DNA from: Torpedo marmorata | Lineage: Eukaryota | DNA: 64,000 bases | Assembly (NCBI GenBank): GCA_977017645.1 | Contig: OZ360227.1 | Location: forward strand, 148,118,001-148,182,000 | Reading direction: 5' to 3' | Shown: piece after piece, positions 11,854-23,581 of the stretch | Numbering within the stretch: the first letter of the stretch is position 1 | Layout of the letters: every line of letters starts with the position of its first letter | The notes under the pieces: generated by a model | What the model was told of the DNA's origin: nothing | The model's database searches: none | The model's input: the letters and a program-made list of their open reading frames with translations, nothing else | Program-made: the position numbers and the translations under genes

Positions 11854-14800
11854 ATAACATTCACAGTGAATGTTAATGTTACAATTTTTAAAATAAATAA
11901 TTTTAAAATGAAAAATATTTAAACTAACAATTATAAAATCCTCAATTTACCTTTCTCTTCCATTCATTTATAATAGGGAGAGTTGTGCTTGCTCTTGATT
12001 AACCCAGCACCACCCAAGTGGTCAGATTTCCCGACCAGAGAGCTATGAAACTCTTGGAGGTTTGTGCTGTCTTCTTTGGTCTCTATGCAAGCAGACCAGG
12101 AAGGAGGGCATACTATTGCTGACTTAATCCCGCACTACATCTTGAAACCATGATTGCCATGTGATGTATATTCAAACATCTATGTTTAGCATTAGCTCTG
12201 GCATTGGATCCAATAATTTGGGGCTTGAAATTTGTCAGACTGGAAACAAATTCAACTCATGTTTTATATTGTGATTGTTTAGGTGAATAGTGTAGGGGAA
12301 TGGTTCTGAAAGCAGAGTCTCCCTGTCATCATTTATTTTAGTCTGTCATCATGTTCAGCATGGATGTTGAGGGCTGTGGGGCCTGTTCAATGTCCTACCT
12401 TGCCATTATTCATTATCTTCATCTTTAGTGCCATTGAGAATAGAAATAATGGTGAAAATAACGTCTGTACAATCATACTTTGTGAATCTGGGACTGGTTG
12501 CTCTTGAACATCCAACAAATGCTGGTACAAGAAAACAGGAAAAACAGCCAGGCTTTTATAATTTTATTTAAACACACCAATATCAATAAAATGTGATTTC
12601 AAAGTGACCTGACATTTTATTTTTAAAAATTCCAAGCAAAGCAGCTGTGAAAGTCAATCAGTAATAATATTTGTTGATTTTTCATCTTATCAAATCCCAA
12701 GAACAAAATTGGAAAAAAAAACCAAGTCCATCAACTGGCTTAAAAAAAATCTACTCAGTTTACAATTGCTCAAGTTGAACTCTGGTGAATTGCACAAATT
12801 AAGTACAATTAACAAAGAATTTGATGAAATTAATTAAGAAAATATAGATACAATGCATGCAGACATAATGGAAAATGTTTAAAAAATTCTCTAATATCTG
12901 TATTTCCTTAGTAAAGTTTTGAGTATTTGAAAAGATTGATAAAGACTGGTTTTATTCAGTAGCAAATATTTATAATATAAGTTGTGATATTAAAGAGACA
13001 AAGCATTATAGCTGAACAAAACAGAAGCCCTTATTTTCTGTAAGAATTTAAATACAATTTTATTTTTGTGCCTTTGATATGATAAAAGCATTATTTGATC
13101 ACTTTAAATGAAGGAAATTCCATTTGGTGTAAAATTGAGAAATTATATAGTCAGTGAAATTTTAAGATGTAATTCATTAACCACAAGATTGCATTAATGC
13201 AGACGTTTCCCCACATGAATATTAAAGCATTCCCAGGACTCGCTCATATAAATCTTGATGCCGATTATTACTTCCACAAATGTCCAGAAAAATACTTAAG
13301 TATAATCCAGCAAACATTACACAAAGTTCAATTTTGAGTGATGTGGAAACTAGCTCGGTTTGGTAATATATTTCATTGGAAACAAACAAAATTAATCAAA
13401 ACTGAGCTGAACTGCTAAAATCATTATTTTCCTGTGTCATAGAAATGAATGTGGAAGCAAAAATTGGCCAGCAATCAATTATTTGCTCTAAAATCATTAC
13501 TGGTTGCCTGATAATCTCTTGACAGACTCCGGGAATTACAAGGTCTATCTTTGAAAGTGCTTAAAACTATAGAATCCAGTCTTGTCACATAGCATGAGGA
13601 AGAAATTGCTTTTTTTTAAAGTTTGAGTAAAAGGGTTTCAAAATTTTCCCCTTCCGCTCATTGTAATACATAGAAACACTCCAAACAGAAAGAAACTTCA
13701 CTGCAGCCTGGAATTTGCTGAACAAGACAAGATGGCTATAAAAAAATTACACAGCGTATGCTTTCAAATAAATCTTTTGGAAGGTATATCTTTGTTATAC
13801 TTTATACTATAGCACAGTCACATTTCTAAGTTTTGAACAGTTAACTGCTATATTTTAATCATATTATATGTCTCTTTGTTTGTTCCTTTCCTACATTTAA
13901 TCAATCCAAAATGTCCATATTGACATTCAATTTGAACAAAATGTTGCTAAGGACTTCTTGTTGTACTGCATTTTCTCTGGGTACTCCATCATGTGACGAT
14001 TAATACAGCCAGGGAAGGAAAATTCATTAGCATCATGATCCTCTTGCGATCTTAGAGGATAGTGTGGGGTCAGCTGTCTTACATAATCTACTGGTAACCA
14101 AGATTCATTGCTCATAATGTGTCAGGATTGACACCAGTTAGCCACCCATTCTGTGCTGAATAATTTTAGCAATTATGGAGGAGAACTAAGCACAAGCTGC
14201 AACTTGATCCTGGGGATCAGTTAGCACAGCAGATGGTAAACTGCGCGGAGGAACTGCGATTGTTTTAATGTCAATCATCAATGATACTCCCATTCATACA
14301 ACCATCAGTAAAGGGTGATGTGATAGAAATCTAAAATTAAGGCTTTTGAAAAGGAGAAGACCAGAGAGAATTCAAAAGCAACGGCCATAAGTCTAACATA
14401 TTCGGCTATAGATACAATTAAGAATATAGGATAAGCTTTTTGTTACTTCGGGTGCAGAAAAATGTTCAGCTTGCAACTTCAGAATGTAGTTGTGATAAAT
14501 ATTACAGATATATACTTGGAGGAGATCGGATAAGAATAAGTAAGAAAAGGAGGATTGCTGATAGAATTGAATGAGGAAGGATGGGGAGGACTGAGTGAAG
14601 AATAAGCGTCGGCATGAACAGATTGGATTGAATGGCCTGCTTCTTAACTGTAGATGCAAAGTAATTTAACAATTGTTAAATCGTTATTAAGGGAGCATGG
14701 AACAAATGGTTACTGAGACAGACAATGCAAGGTGGCTTCAATGCAAGGTGGCTTCAATGACTTACTTCTGTGCCATAATTAGATGAATCTCCAAAATCAC

Positions 14801-15132
14801 ATTGATCTTGGGGTAAAATTTTATGTTTTAATTTCCTTTTAGGTGGCAGCTTTCTTTCCAAATTTAAATACCATATATTTCGGCATATAAGTCGACTCAT
14901 GGATAAGTTGACCCCCCTTTTTCAGCCTAATTTTAATGGTTTTATTGTATATCCGGCATATAAGTCGACCCCCAAAAATCGCGATGCCTGAGATGCTGAG
15001 CGTTTACTGGCGTATAAGTCGACCCCCAAAAATCGCGATGATTGCGCTACTGGGCATTGACCGGCGTATAGGTCGACCCACAACGATCGTGCTGATTTAG
15101 CTGCTGGGCGTTGGCTGGAGGTGATTGTTATC

Positions 15133-16440
15133 ATGGAGGCTCAATTGAAACGACAAAAGTATGAGGCGAGTTTTAAATTAAAAGTGATAGAAATGGCCAA
15201 GAAAACCAACAACTGTGCTGCTGCAAGAAAATCTGATATATATGAGAAGTTGGTAAGAGATTGGAGGAAGAAAGAAGATACTTTAAGAAAAATACCAAAA
15301 AGGCAATGTTCGATGAGAAGAGGAATCACTCGTTGGCCAGAGTTGGAAAATCATGTTGCAGCATGGGTACGTGAACAGAGGCAAGATTGCTATATTGTCA
15401 CCCGAAATAAAATAAGAACATTTGCACTGAAGTGGGCAAAGTCGCACCCAGAACTCAGTAATGCTTTTGAAGTTACAGTAGGCTGTTGCAACCGTTTCAT
15501 GAACAGAAAAAATCTGGTATTACGACAAAAAACAAAAATTGCTCAGAAACTACCAAAAGATCTTGATCATAAAGTTGTAAGTTTTCACCAGTTTATTTTA
15601 CGTAACCGGCAGAAACACCAGTTTGCATTGGCAAATATTGGAAACATGGACGAAACCCCCATGAATTTTGACATGATAGGCAATAGAACAGTGGAATGGA
15701 AAGGTGTGAAAACTGTGCAAACCAGGAATACAGGCCATGAAAGAACCAGGTTTACTGTGGTGTTATCGTGCATAGCCGACGGGACAAAGTTAAGACCCAT
15801 GGTAATCTTCAAACGTAAATTTAAACCTAAAATAAAATTCCCTGCGGGTATTTTTGTACATTTTCATGAAAAAGGATGGATGGATGAAAATGGTGTAAGA
15901 CTATGGATAGACAATGTGTGGAACAGGCGGCCAGGCGGTTTATGCAAGGAACGGAGTTTGCTGGTCTGGGATATGTTTCGTAGCCACTTAACTGAGAAGA
16001 CTAAAAGTAGATTAGCACAACATAATACTTACATGGCGGTTATCATATTGCAACCTCTCGATGTCTGCTTGAACAAGCCATTCAAAGACCATGTGCGTGA
16101 AGAGTGGAATATATGGATGTCGAGTGCAGAAAAATCATTTACAAAAGGCGGGGCAATGCGTGCTGCATCGCTTGATGTGCTGTGTGACTTCGTGCTCAAG
16201 GCATGGGACAAAGTGAACGTAGAGACTGTAATAAAATTGTTTAAATAGTGCGGTATCTCTTGTGCAATTGATGGTATGGAAGATTATTTATTGTGGGACA
16301 CTGACGACGAAGGTGAAGCCGCCTCATCAGATACAGACTAGGACCCATACGATGACTGTTTAAACAGTGAGACCCCGGATGTGCTTGCCGAGATCTTTGC
16401 CTCAGACGATGATAGCGAAAGTGATTTTGAAGGGTTCTAA
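15133..16440 (+). pseudogene. Disabled pogo transposase (Brinker-type DBD, CENP-B HTH, DDE_1)
   Basis: NMDETP / WDMFRSH / QPLDV triad. In-frame TAG at 16246 and 16339; frame continues CGISCAIDG...DDSESDFEGF* to 16440. Expected PGGLTS-like segment before QPLD is missing. Confidence 0.9.
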
Positions 16441-16503
16441 ATGTCTTCTTGTTTTCAATAAAAATGTCAATGAAAATTTGTTGCAGTCGGGTTTTTTTAT
16501 GGT

Positions 16504-16631
16504 TTTTCAAGGGTCGACTTATACGCCGAATCGTGTTTTCAAGGGTCGACTTATACACCGAATTGTGTTTTCAAGGGTCGACTTATACGCCAAATCGTAT
16601 TTTCAAGGGTCGACTTATACGCCGAATCGGC
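16504..16631. repeat. Four tandem 32-bp subterminal repeats of the transposon
   Basis: ttttcaagggtcgacttatacgccgaatcgtg x4; each contains the TIR core. Three 54-bp-period copies in the opposite orientation lie at 14953, 15007 and 15061. Confidence 0.92.
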
Positions 16632-17989
16632 GTGGAGTGTTTTTTGAGCTGATTTTAAGGTCTCAAAAGTATATCCGGCGTATAAGTCGACCCCCGTTTT
16701 TTGAGAGATTTTTGAGCGTTTCAAGACTCGACTTATACGCCGAAATATACGGTATATTTTATTTTTATATTTTTAACTAATCATGGGATTCTCTGCACTG
16801 GTCACTTGCTTTCTGGCTAATTTTGGGCTCCTATGACACAGACCTACCTATTAGTAAAGATGTAAGGCAATTTAAAACTGATAACAGGGGAAATTTTGAA
16901 TCATAGCTGGATGTGACAACAAGGGAATAATTGGCAGGTGGAACCAATACAATTGTAATGAGAAGATAAGATACCAGAATGAATGACCCTGGGGAAGGCC
17001 ATAAATGGCTGAGAAACAAGACAATGGAAGGAATATCTGGGAGACAAATTGTCTTTCAAACAAGTATCTTCAAATAAACATATTACATTTTCCTGTGAAT
17101 GAAATAATCTGTCAAAACGAATGAAAAGTGAGTTCAATTAAAATTTAGTGGTGGGACATTCATAAATTCAATTCATCTACTGTTTTGACATTGCTCAGTT
17201 ATATTACACTATCCATGGCTGCAGGCAGCAAACAAACACATAATATGTTTAGATCTGCCAGAGGTTCATGACTGTTGTCAAAGTGGTAACCTGTTTATCC
17301 TCATACAGAGCACAGTTACACAGAATTGAAGTTTACTGTAATCCACACCAAACTCATTGATTAACTTGCTAGATCATAACATCGGTTTTTTTTTTAAGAA
17401 GTCAGGCAAAAATTTGATTTTAAACAAAATGAAGGATTAATAGGGTTTAGGAACAGTCATTTTACCTTTCCCTGTACAAGAACCAATTTATTTTGTCAGT
17501 CCTATTGGAGAAGAATAATACAAAGTGTCAGGAGATAGAATAGACTGGGGATATAAAAAGCAAACTGCAGGAGGAACTCAGAAGGTTGAGCAGCATCTGT
17601 TGGCGGTAGAAGGAATTGGTAATGTTACAGGTCAAAACGCTGTATCAGGGCGGAGAGTGGAGAGGGAAGATAGCCAGTAAAAAGAGGATAGGGGAAGGGG
17701 AGACGCAGGGGCCAGTAGGTGGACCAAGGAGGAATGAAGGATAGTGGGGACAGAGGTAAGGTGGGGTAGATGGAGAGGTGGAGTTGGAAGACAGAGGCAT
17801 ACATGTGTGATAGGTGGATGCAAACAAAGAGACAAAGTGCAGATATAGTGTTAGTTTGATGCATTTTTACTAAATACACACATATATATATATATAAAGG
17901 CTGGCAGGATTAGCAAACAGTAAATTGAAGTAAATTATGACAGCAGTTTTAAACTCTGTTGATGGAAAGATTAGAATTGTCTTGATGGT

Positions 17990-18710
17990 AGGTGTCAGAG
18001 AGTGGTAGTTTAGTGCTGCTATTCAGATTGAAGGCCTATGACCAGCGGTGTGTTACAGGAATCAAATGTAACAAGATTTTGATCGGTTACAGATATGGGC
18101 AGAGAAATGCAGATGGAGTTTAATTGGGACAAGTGTGAGGTGCTGCACTTTGGGAGGTCAAATGTAAGGGGAACATAAACAGTTAATGGTCGGGCTTTTG
18201 AAAGTATTGACGAGCAGAGGAATCTAGGGTCCATGTCCATCGCTCATTGAAAGTGGCCTTGCAAGATAGGGTGGTAAAGGAGGTGTATTGAATGCTTGAT
18301 TTCATTAGGTGAGGCATTGATTAAAAAAGTAAGGAAGTTATGTTGCAGCTATATAAAAGTTTGGTCAGGCTGTACTTGGAATACTGTGTGCATTTCTGGT
18401 TGCCCCATTGCAGGAAGGATGTGGAGGCTTTGGAAAGGGTACAGAAGATGTTTATGAGGATGTTGCCTGGTTTACAGGGTATGACTCATGGGGGCAGGTT
18501 GGATAAACTTGGGTTGTTTCTTCTGGAGCATAGGAGGCTGAGAGGAGTGTATAATAAATCATGAGAGGCATTGATAGGTTGGACACAGAATCTTTTCCCC
18601 AGAGCAAGAGCGTCACTCACTGGAAGACATGTGCTTAAGGTGAGGAAACGGAAGTTTAAGGGCAAATATTTTACACAGAGTGTGGTAGGCACCTGAAGTG
18701 GGTTGCCAGT
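17990..18710 (+). mobile_element. Old CR1 LINE fragment
   Basis: MLQLYKSLVRLYLEYCVHFW...LERVQK; many stops. Confidence 0.85.
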
Positions 18711-18859
18711 TTCATAGATTTATGTCAGACAAGATATTCCATCTGTAAGAGTATACATCGTATTTTAATACAGAGCAGAATGCATTAAACTGGAATATTC
18801 CGTGCTTGTCAATGACCAAGCTCCATTACATTGTACAAATTCAGACTTATTGGATTTTC

Positions 18860-20667
18860 AGGCTTAGTTTTATTGTCATCACTGCTGAGAATTAGTGAGC
18901 GATAAAAAGAGTGATAATTCACTGTGTGATATTAATATTTAAATGCTTGAGTGGACTTATTTCCTTTGGAATGTCAGCAATGTATTTAAACCCTACATGA
19001 AAAATAAGTTAAACATGGCTCTGATAAGGAAACAAAGAATTGGCAAAAACTGATGCAAAAATAACAATGTGGCTAATGGAATTTACTATTACATATATGC
19101 TAATACAACAATCTTGTGCAAGGGATGATGACGAGAGAACAAAATCCCAAATTTTCGACCAGGGATGTGCTGCATTGAAGTTATTTTTCTGAAAAGAGTA
19201 TTTTTCTGTTTGGCTTTGTATTCAAGTACATATTTGTGCTGTTCCTACAGTTGCAGGGATATGGAGGAAATTCATTTGAGAAAGTTTCAGTGGCATGGTT
19301 AGCGCAACGCTCTTACAAGACCAGTGACCGGGTTCGAATCCGGTGCTGTCTGTAAGGAGTTTGTAGGTCTGTACGTTCTCCCAGTGTCTGTGTGAGTTTC
19401 CTCTTGGTGCTCTGGTTTCCTCCCACCCTCCAAAAATGAACAGGGTTTGTGGGTTAATTGGTGTATTTGGGTGGCACGGGTTTGTGGACCAGAAGGGCCT
19501 GTTACCATGCTGTATGTCTAAATTTAAAAAAGTTAACTCCAGGAATTTCAATTGCAAATAAAGTTTTAATGTCATGATAAGTACTAATTACTCTCTTCTG
19601 ACTTTAATGCAATGAATTGCAGAGGCTGAATCAATTTCCTGAAGCCTACAGGAATGCATTAAGTGCAATCAACCTGGGATAAAGTTTGAGGAAAATGCCT
19701 TCCTCAGTCTTCTTGCTATTAATTGCACCTTAATTTAATCTGAACTAAAGGAACTACTGCCTTGAGTGCTTGCAGAGGACTTTACCCCCTTCCCAACTCA
19801 CTGTCATCATTAAATGGAGAGGAACAAGTTTAAGTAACAGTGGACACAATGAGATGACCTTCTGTAGCAATTTCTGGGCCATCATATGTGTTAAGAAGTT
19901 CAAATACCAATAGGCTGACTTCATATGAGAGAATTAGGTGCTTGATTAGAACGTGTAAAATGTAAATTTCTCGAACCAAGCCAGTTAAAGTAGAAATATA
20001 TCCAAATCTCCTTATTGCTTACACAATACAAAATTGCAATTCACCAAGCATAGACTATATAAGCTATTATATTAACATAAAGACAATGAAAAGCTAAATA
20101 AGAACCAAACCAGCAGTTCAGTCAGACCTTGAAATTTAAATTAGTTTGATTTAGTCTTCAATTTGAAAGTCATCCCTCTACATTTTTGATGAAATAACTT
20201 CTAAAACTGCTTACAATGAAGAGATTTTTCCCAAGGAGTACATAAGTGATATGAAAACCAACAGGGACTTAAAGATGCCTATTTATAATTGTTAAAAGTA
20301 CTCAATGGATCTATTCATCTGAAAATCTTGCAGCACAGATTGTCAAATATGCCTTACTTCAACCAAAGAAAAAACAGAACTTGTATAAAACCAAAAAAAA
20401 TGGCTTATGTGTTTCTTCCAAATACAGGGTCAAATACAATGGGAGATGCAATCAGCAGCTTTGTTTTATGTGGTTTAGTGCAGGTGGCTTTCCCAGTCCA
20501 TTAAACAGAAACAGTGGACCGAAGGTCAGTCAGGAATCCTCAGCGCAAAAACACAGGTAGTGCTGATGCAAAAAATATAATCAGAACACTGTCATTACAT
20601 AGAAAAATTAATCCTTTCTTTTTACATTTATACAATGGTTAAAAAAGATACAAGACTAAAGGGTAAT
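18860..20667 (-). other. LRP1B: Probable LRP1B 3'UTR (3' end uncertain)
   Basis: Follows the stop codon. The first canonical AATAAA I found on the minus strand is near 18869-18874; ATTAAA variants occur earlier. Contains a SINE. No transcript evidence. Confidence 0.35.
19290..19530 (+). mobile_element. tRNA-derived V-domain SINE
   Basis: GGTTCGAATCC B box, V domain, gggcctgttaccatgctgtatgtctaaatttaaa tail. Confidence 0.88.
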
Positions 20668-20808
20668 TTAAGCAACTGTCTCCCTCAGGCCATCTGCTAA
20701 TTTCTTTGGAAGCAGCTCTTTCTTTTCCTCTGTGCTGACTAAGGAATTCCGGCAGTTTGATGCGTCCAAGTAGAGTTTTGCATAAACAGGATTTGAGTAA
20801 TTTGTTGA
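20668..20808 (-). CDS. LRP1B: LRP1B terminal coding exon: [46 protein letters not shown]
   Basis: tgacag|TCAACA...GTTGCT TAA (stop 20668-20670); phase 0; NPVY/YAKL, KELL and C-terminal RETVA as in LRP1B. Confidence 0.97.
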   Translation of the reverse strand, partial: STNYSNPVYAKLYLDASNCRNSLVSTEEKKELLPKKLADGLRETVA

Positions 20809-21427
20809 CTGTCAAATAAAGAAAGGACAAAAGGTCACATTATTGAATTAGAAGTATCCACCAGATCCTTAGACAACTGCAAATGAGATTCTGCATCTAC
20901 AAAACTCACAAGATAATTTTACATGAGTATTTGTTCCTGGTACAAAAGAATTTTGTACTTGTTATTCATTAAAATCAAAATATAGATGTCTGCAACATCA
21001 GTAGCATGAGGTTGAATGCATGCTGGTTTTGGAATCAATTTAATATCTTGCTTATATGTCTCCATTTTCATTAATCTTTCATGGTATCTCAATCTTCAGT
21101 CATGTTCAAACTCATTAAATGCACTGACTGTGATTACCAGTGCTGAAACTGACTTCACCTTATATTAATTTTGCACTGAGTGTATTTTATAAGTTGAGGT
21201 AACAACAAAGATAAATTAAAGTTTTATCAATGAAAAGAAACCAAATTATTTGAAGTTAATAGCTGCAGCACACTTTCGTGGAAATTAACTACTGAGTGGA
21301 ATTGCTGACCTTTTTGATGAAAGCAACTAATGACGTTTGGATTCAAAGCAAGAATGATTATATCTTATATAAATGAGGTATTCACATTTGGTCTTCTAAT
21401 GAATAGATGATGTATATATAGATGATA

Positions 21428-21710
21428 GGGTGGCACAGTTAGCGTAGCGGTTAGCACTATGCTGTTACAGCGCCAGCGATCAGGAACGGGGTTCGAATCC
21501 CGCGCTGGTGGTAAGGAGTTTGTACGTTCTCCCCATGTCTGCGTGGGTTTGCCCCAGGGCTCCGGTTTCCTCCCACCCTTCAAAACGTACCAGGGCTTGT
21601 AGGTCAATTGGGTGTAATTGGGCGGCACGGGCTCGTGGGCTGAAAGGGCCTGTTACTGTACTGTATGTCTAAATTTAAAATTTAAATTTTAAATTAAAAA
21701 ATATAAATTT
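21428..21710 (+). mobile_element. tRNA-derived V-domain SINE in last LRP1B intron
   Basis: A/B boxes, V domain (gagtttgtacgttctcccc...ggctccggtttcctcccac), CR1-like 3' end, (TTTAAAA)n tail. Confidence 0.9.
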
Positions 21711-22329
21711 AAAAAAAAATTCTCCATAAATGAGATAAAACTGCGTTAAAGTCCAAGAGATCCCAAGTTTACACATGCAATAATGGCCTGGTCATTGAGA
21801 AAGTATTCAGCATTGTTCCTGGCTTTAAGAGAGGAAAAGAATTTGGAACTGATTTTTGATAATATTTGCAAGACCAGGATTAGTATTCCCAATGAATTTT
21901 AAAAGTTAGAAATATGAGTTAATGATAAAGAAAGTATGGTGGGCTACAAGTGAAGCTCTTGGTTCACTTGTGAGTCTGTTGTTGCTAGTGAAGAACAATT
22001 TTACTTCCATAAAATTAAAGATGATTTTTTTCATAATATTCCACCACAATTCCCATTTTTTTCTGAATTAATGATCAACATTGGCTGTATTGACAATTCA
22101 ACAGGATTTTGTTCTCTTTCCAATAAATGCTGTGGACAAATAAAATGAGGAAACTTTAAAAAAAATTCCTCATGAATAATCTCTTTGAGTATGGTAATTT
22201 GATGTATACTATTGGAGTTGTATATTTAAACCAAGTACAGTACCTGTTTGGCTGCAGCAAGTAAGAATTTTGGTTCATATGTACTTCTGTGTATGACAAT
22301 AAACTCATTATCATGATCAAAATAGGTAC

Positions 22330-22477
22330 CTTTTCTGGATTTAATGTAAAATCGGAATCTAACAAGCCTTCAGCATTTTCATGACTACGGTCAACTTCAT
22401 ACATGTTGTATGTTGGATTTCCAATTTCTACATTCATGCCTCCATTTGACAGTGGATGCCTCCGGACTGTTTTCACA
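22330..22477 (-). CDS. LRP1B: LRP1B cytoplasmic exon (148 bp), first NPxY: [50 protein letters not shown]
   Basis: ttctag|TGTGAA...GAAAAG|gtacct; phase 2-0; NVEIGNPTY motif and a dileucine. Confidence 0.96.
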
Positions 22478-22980
22478 CTAGAAGGAGATTCCAAAACAGA
22501 ATAGTATGTGAAAATACTTTTTAAGTACTTGTGGACATTCATTGGATAAAAGACAATATGCTGGAGTTATTATTGACACCTAATTTTATACAGATCATGA
22601 TGAGGGACATCAGGGCTGATGAATGGACTATTCTCTTGTTTGAACAGCCAAAATAAAGAGCCATCATTGCCAGACTTGACTAGATACAGTCTAACAATAC
22701 CAGTAATTTGTCTCAATAAGGTATCTTGGCACCAACCTCAGTTGATTACAATTTACTTCGCCAGTGTGACAGTTTTTTGTTTCAAGGATTGATATTTTTG
22801 ATCTCTTTGTTGAGAATTTCAATTTAGTGCCACAATATGATGCACTGGGAAACTTCCTATCATGTAGGAAGAAGATTGAAACAGACAAAACTAGCTTTAT
22901 TTCAGATGCTTAAGGCAAGCAATAATACCTTATATTACACATTATTATTTTATGACTAGATTATTGTTAAAATCACTGAC

Positions 22981-23071
22981 CATTGTCTTCTTTTGCAGAT
23001 GATTATTCCAACAATGATTGCAAGAACCAAAAGGGCCAAGATAACAACCGGAATAATAAAAGTGATGTTTC
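22981..23071 (-). CDS. LRP1B: LRP1B transmembrane exon (91 bp): RNITFIIPVVILALLVLAIIVGIIICKRRQ
   Basis: tgacag|GAAACA...ACAATG|gtcagt; phase 1-2; about 23 hydrophobic residues followed by a basic stop-transfer KRR. Confidence 0.95.
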
Positions 23072-23581
23072 CTGTCAAAAAGGAATGGAAAAATATAACA
23101 CTGTCTCTCAGATAGCTTCCATCAGATCTCATGGTAGATGCTCAATCACACATATTCTTAACTTTACCAAACTGAGTAAATACAGATGAGGCTGACCATT
23201 GGTTTTAAATTGTCAGCATGATTGAATAGTATGAGATACATGCGGAGAAAGCGACCTTTCTTGTTCAGACCAGAAAAATAATCAGTTTTCTTCCGAGCAG
23301 ATTATGTAAGCAATCACTTCCAGATGAAATTTCATACATTGGAAAATACACGGAAACTTCTGGTTGTGATCCTTGCTGGAACATCTAGGCATTTTCCAGT
23401 GTCAGATACTCACCCAATGAAGTAATCAAATATACAAGTCAATTTTCACTCATACCATCATAAATTAGAACTCAATAGTCCAATCTGTGACAAATGGGGA
23501 ACAGTCTCGGCAAAACTATGAATAAAATGTTCAAGATTTTTGCTTTTCTTGGTTTTTTTTTAAAAGGACACTCTACCCATA

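Larger units (their letters stand above)
14871..16752 (+). mobile_element. Full-length pogo-superfamily (Passer/POGK-like) DNA transposon
   Basis: 28-bp TIRs (ccatatatttcggcatataagtcgactc; reverse complement of right end ccgtatatttcggcgtataagtcgagtc); TA target duplication at 14869-14870 and 16753-16754; internal transposase. Confidence 0.93.

Noticed and set aside
12540-14400. AT-rich unique region as a 3'UTR or exon of another gene
   Set aside because: No coding exon with splice sites and recognisable protein found; ORF 13927..14115 has no features.
15121-16248. Domesticated POGK gene
   Set aside because: No KRAB exon; has TIRs and TSDs, nonsense codons and a deletion in the catalytic region, so it is a transposon copy.
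16504-16631. 32-bp repeats as a CRISPR array
   Set aside because: The repeats are head-to-tail with no unique spacers, contain the transposon TIR core, and there are no cas genes; the context is eukaryotic.
21428-21510. tRNA genes at SINE heads (also 53013, 59548, 19290, 49918)
   Set aside because: No complete cloverleaf; each continues into a V domain and LINE-like tail.
22156-22329. Read-through of the NPTY exon as an alternative C-terminus
   Set aside because: The open frame past the donor has no recognisable similarity; the downstream terminal exon is intact. Not supportable without RNA data.
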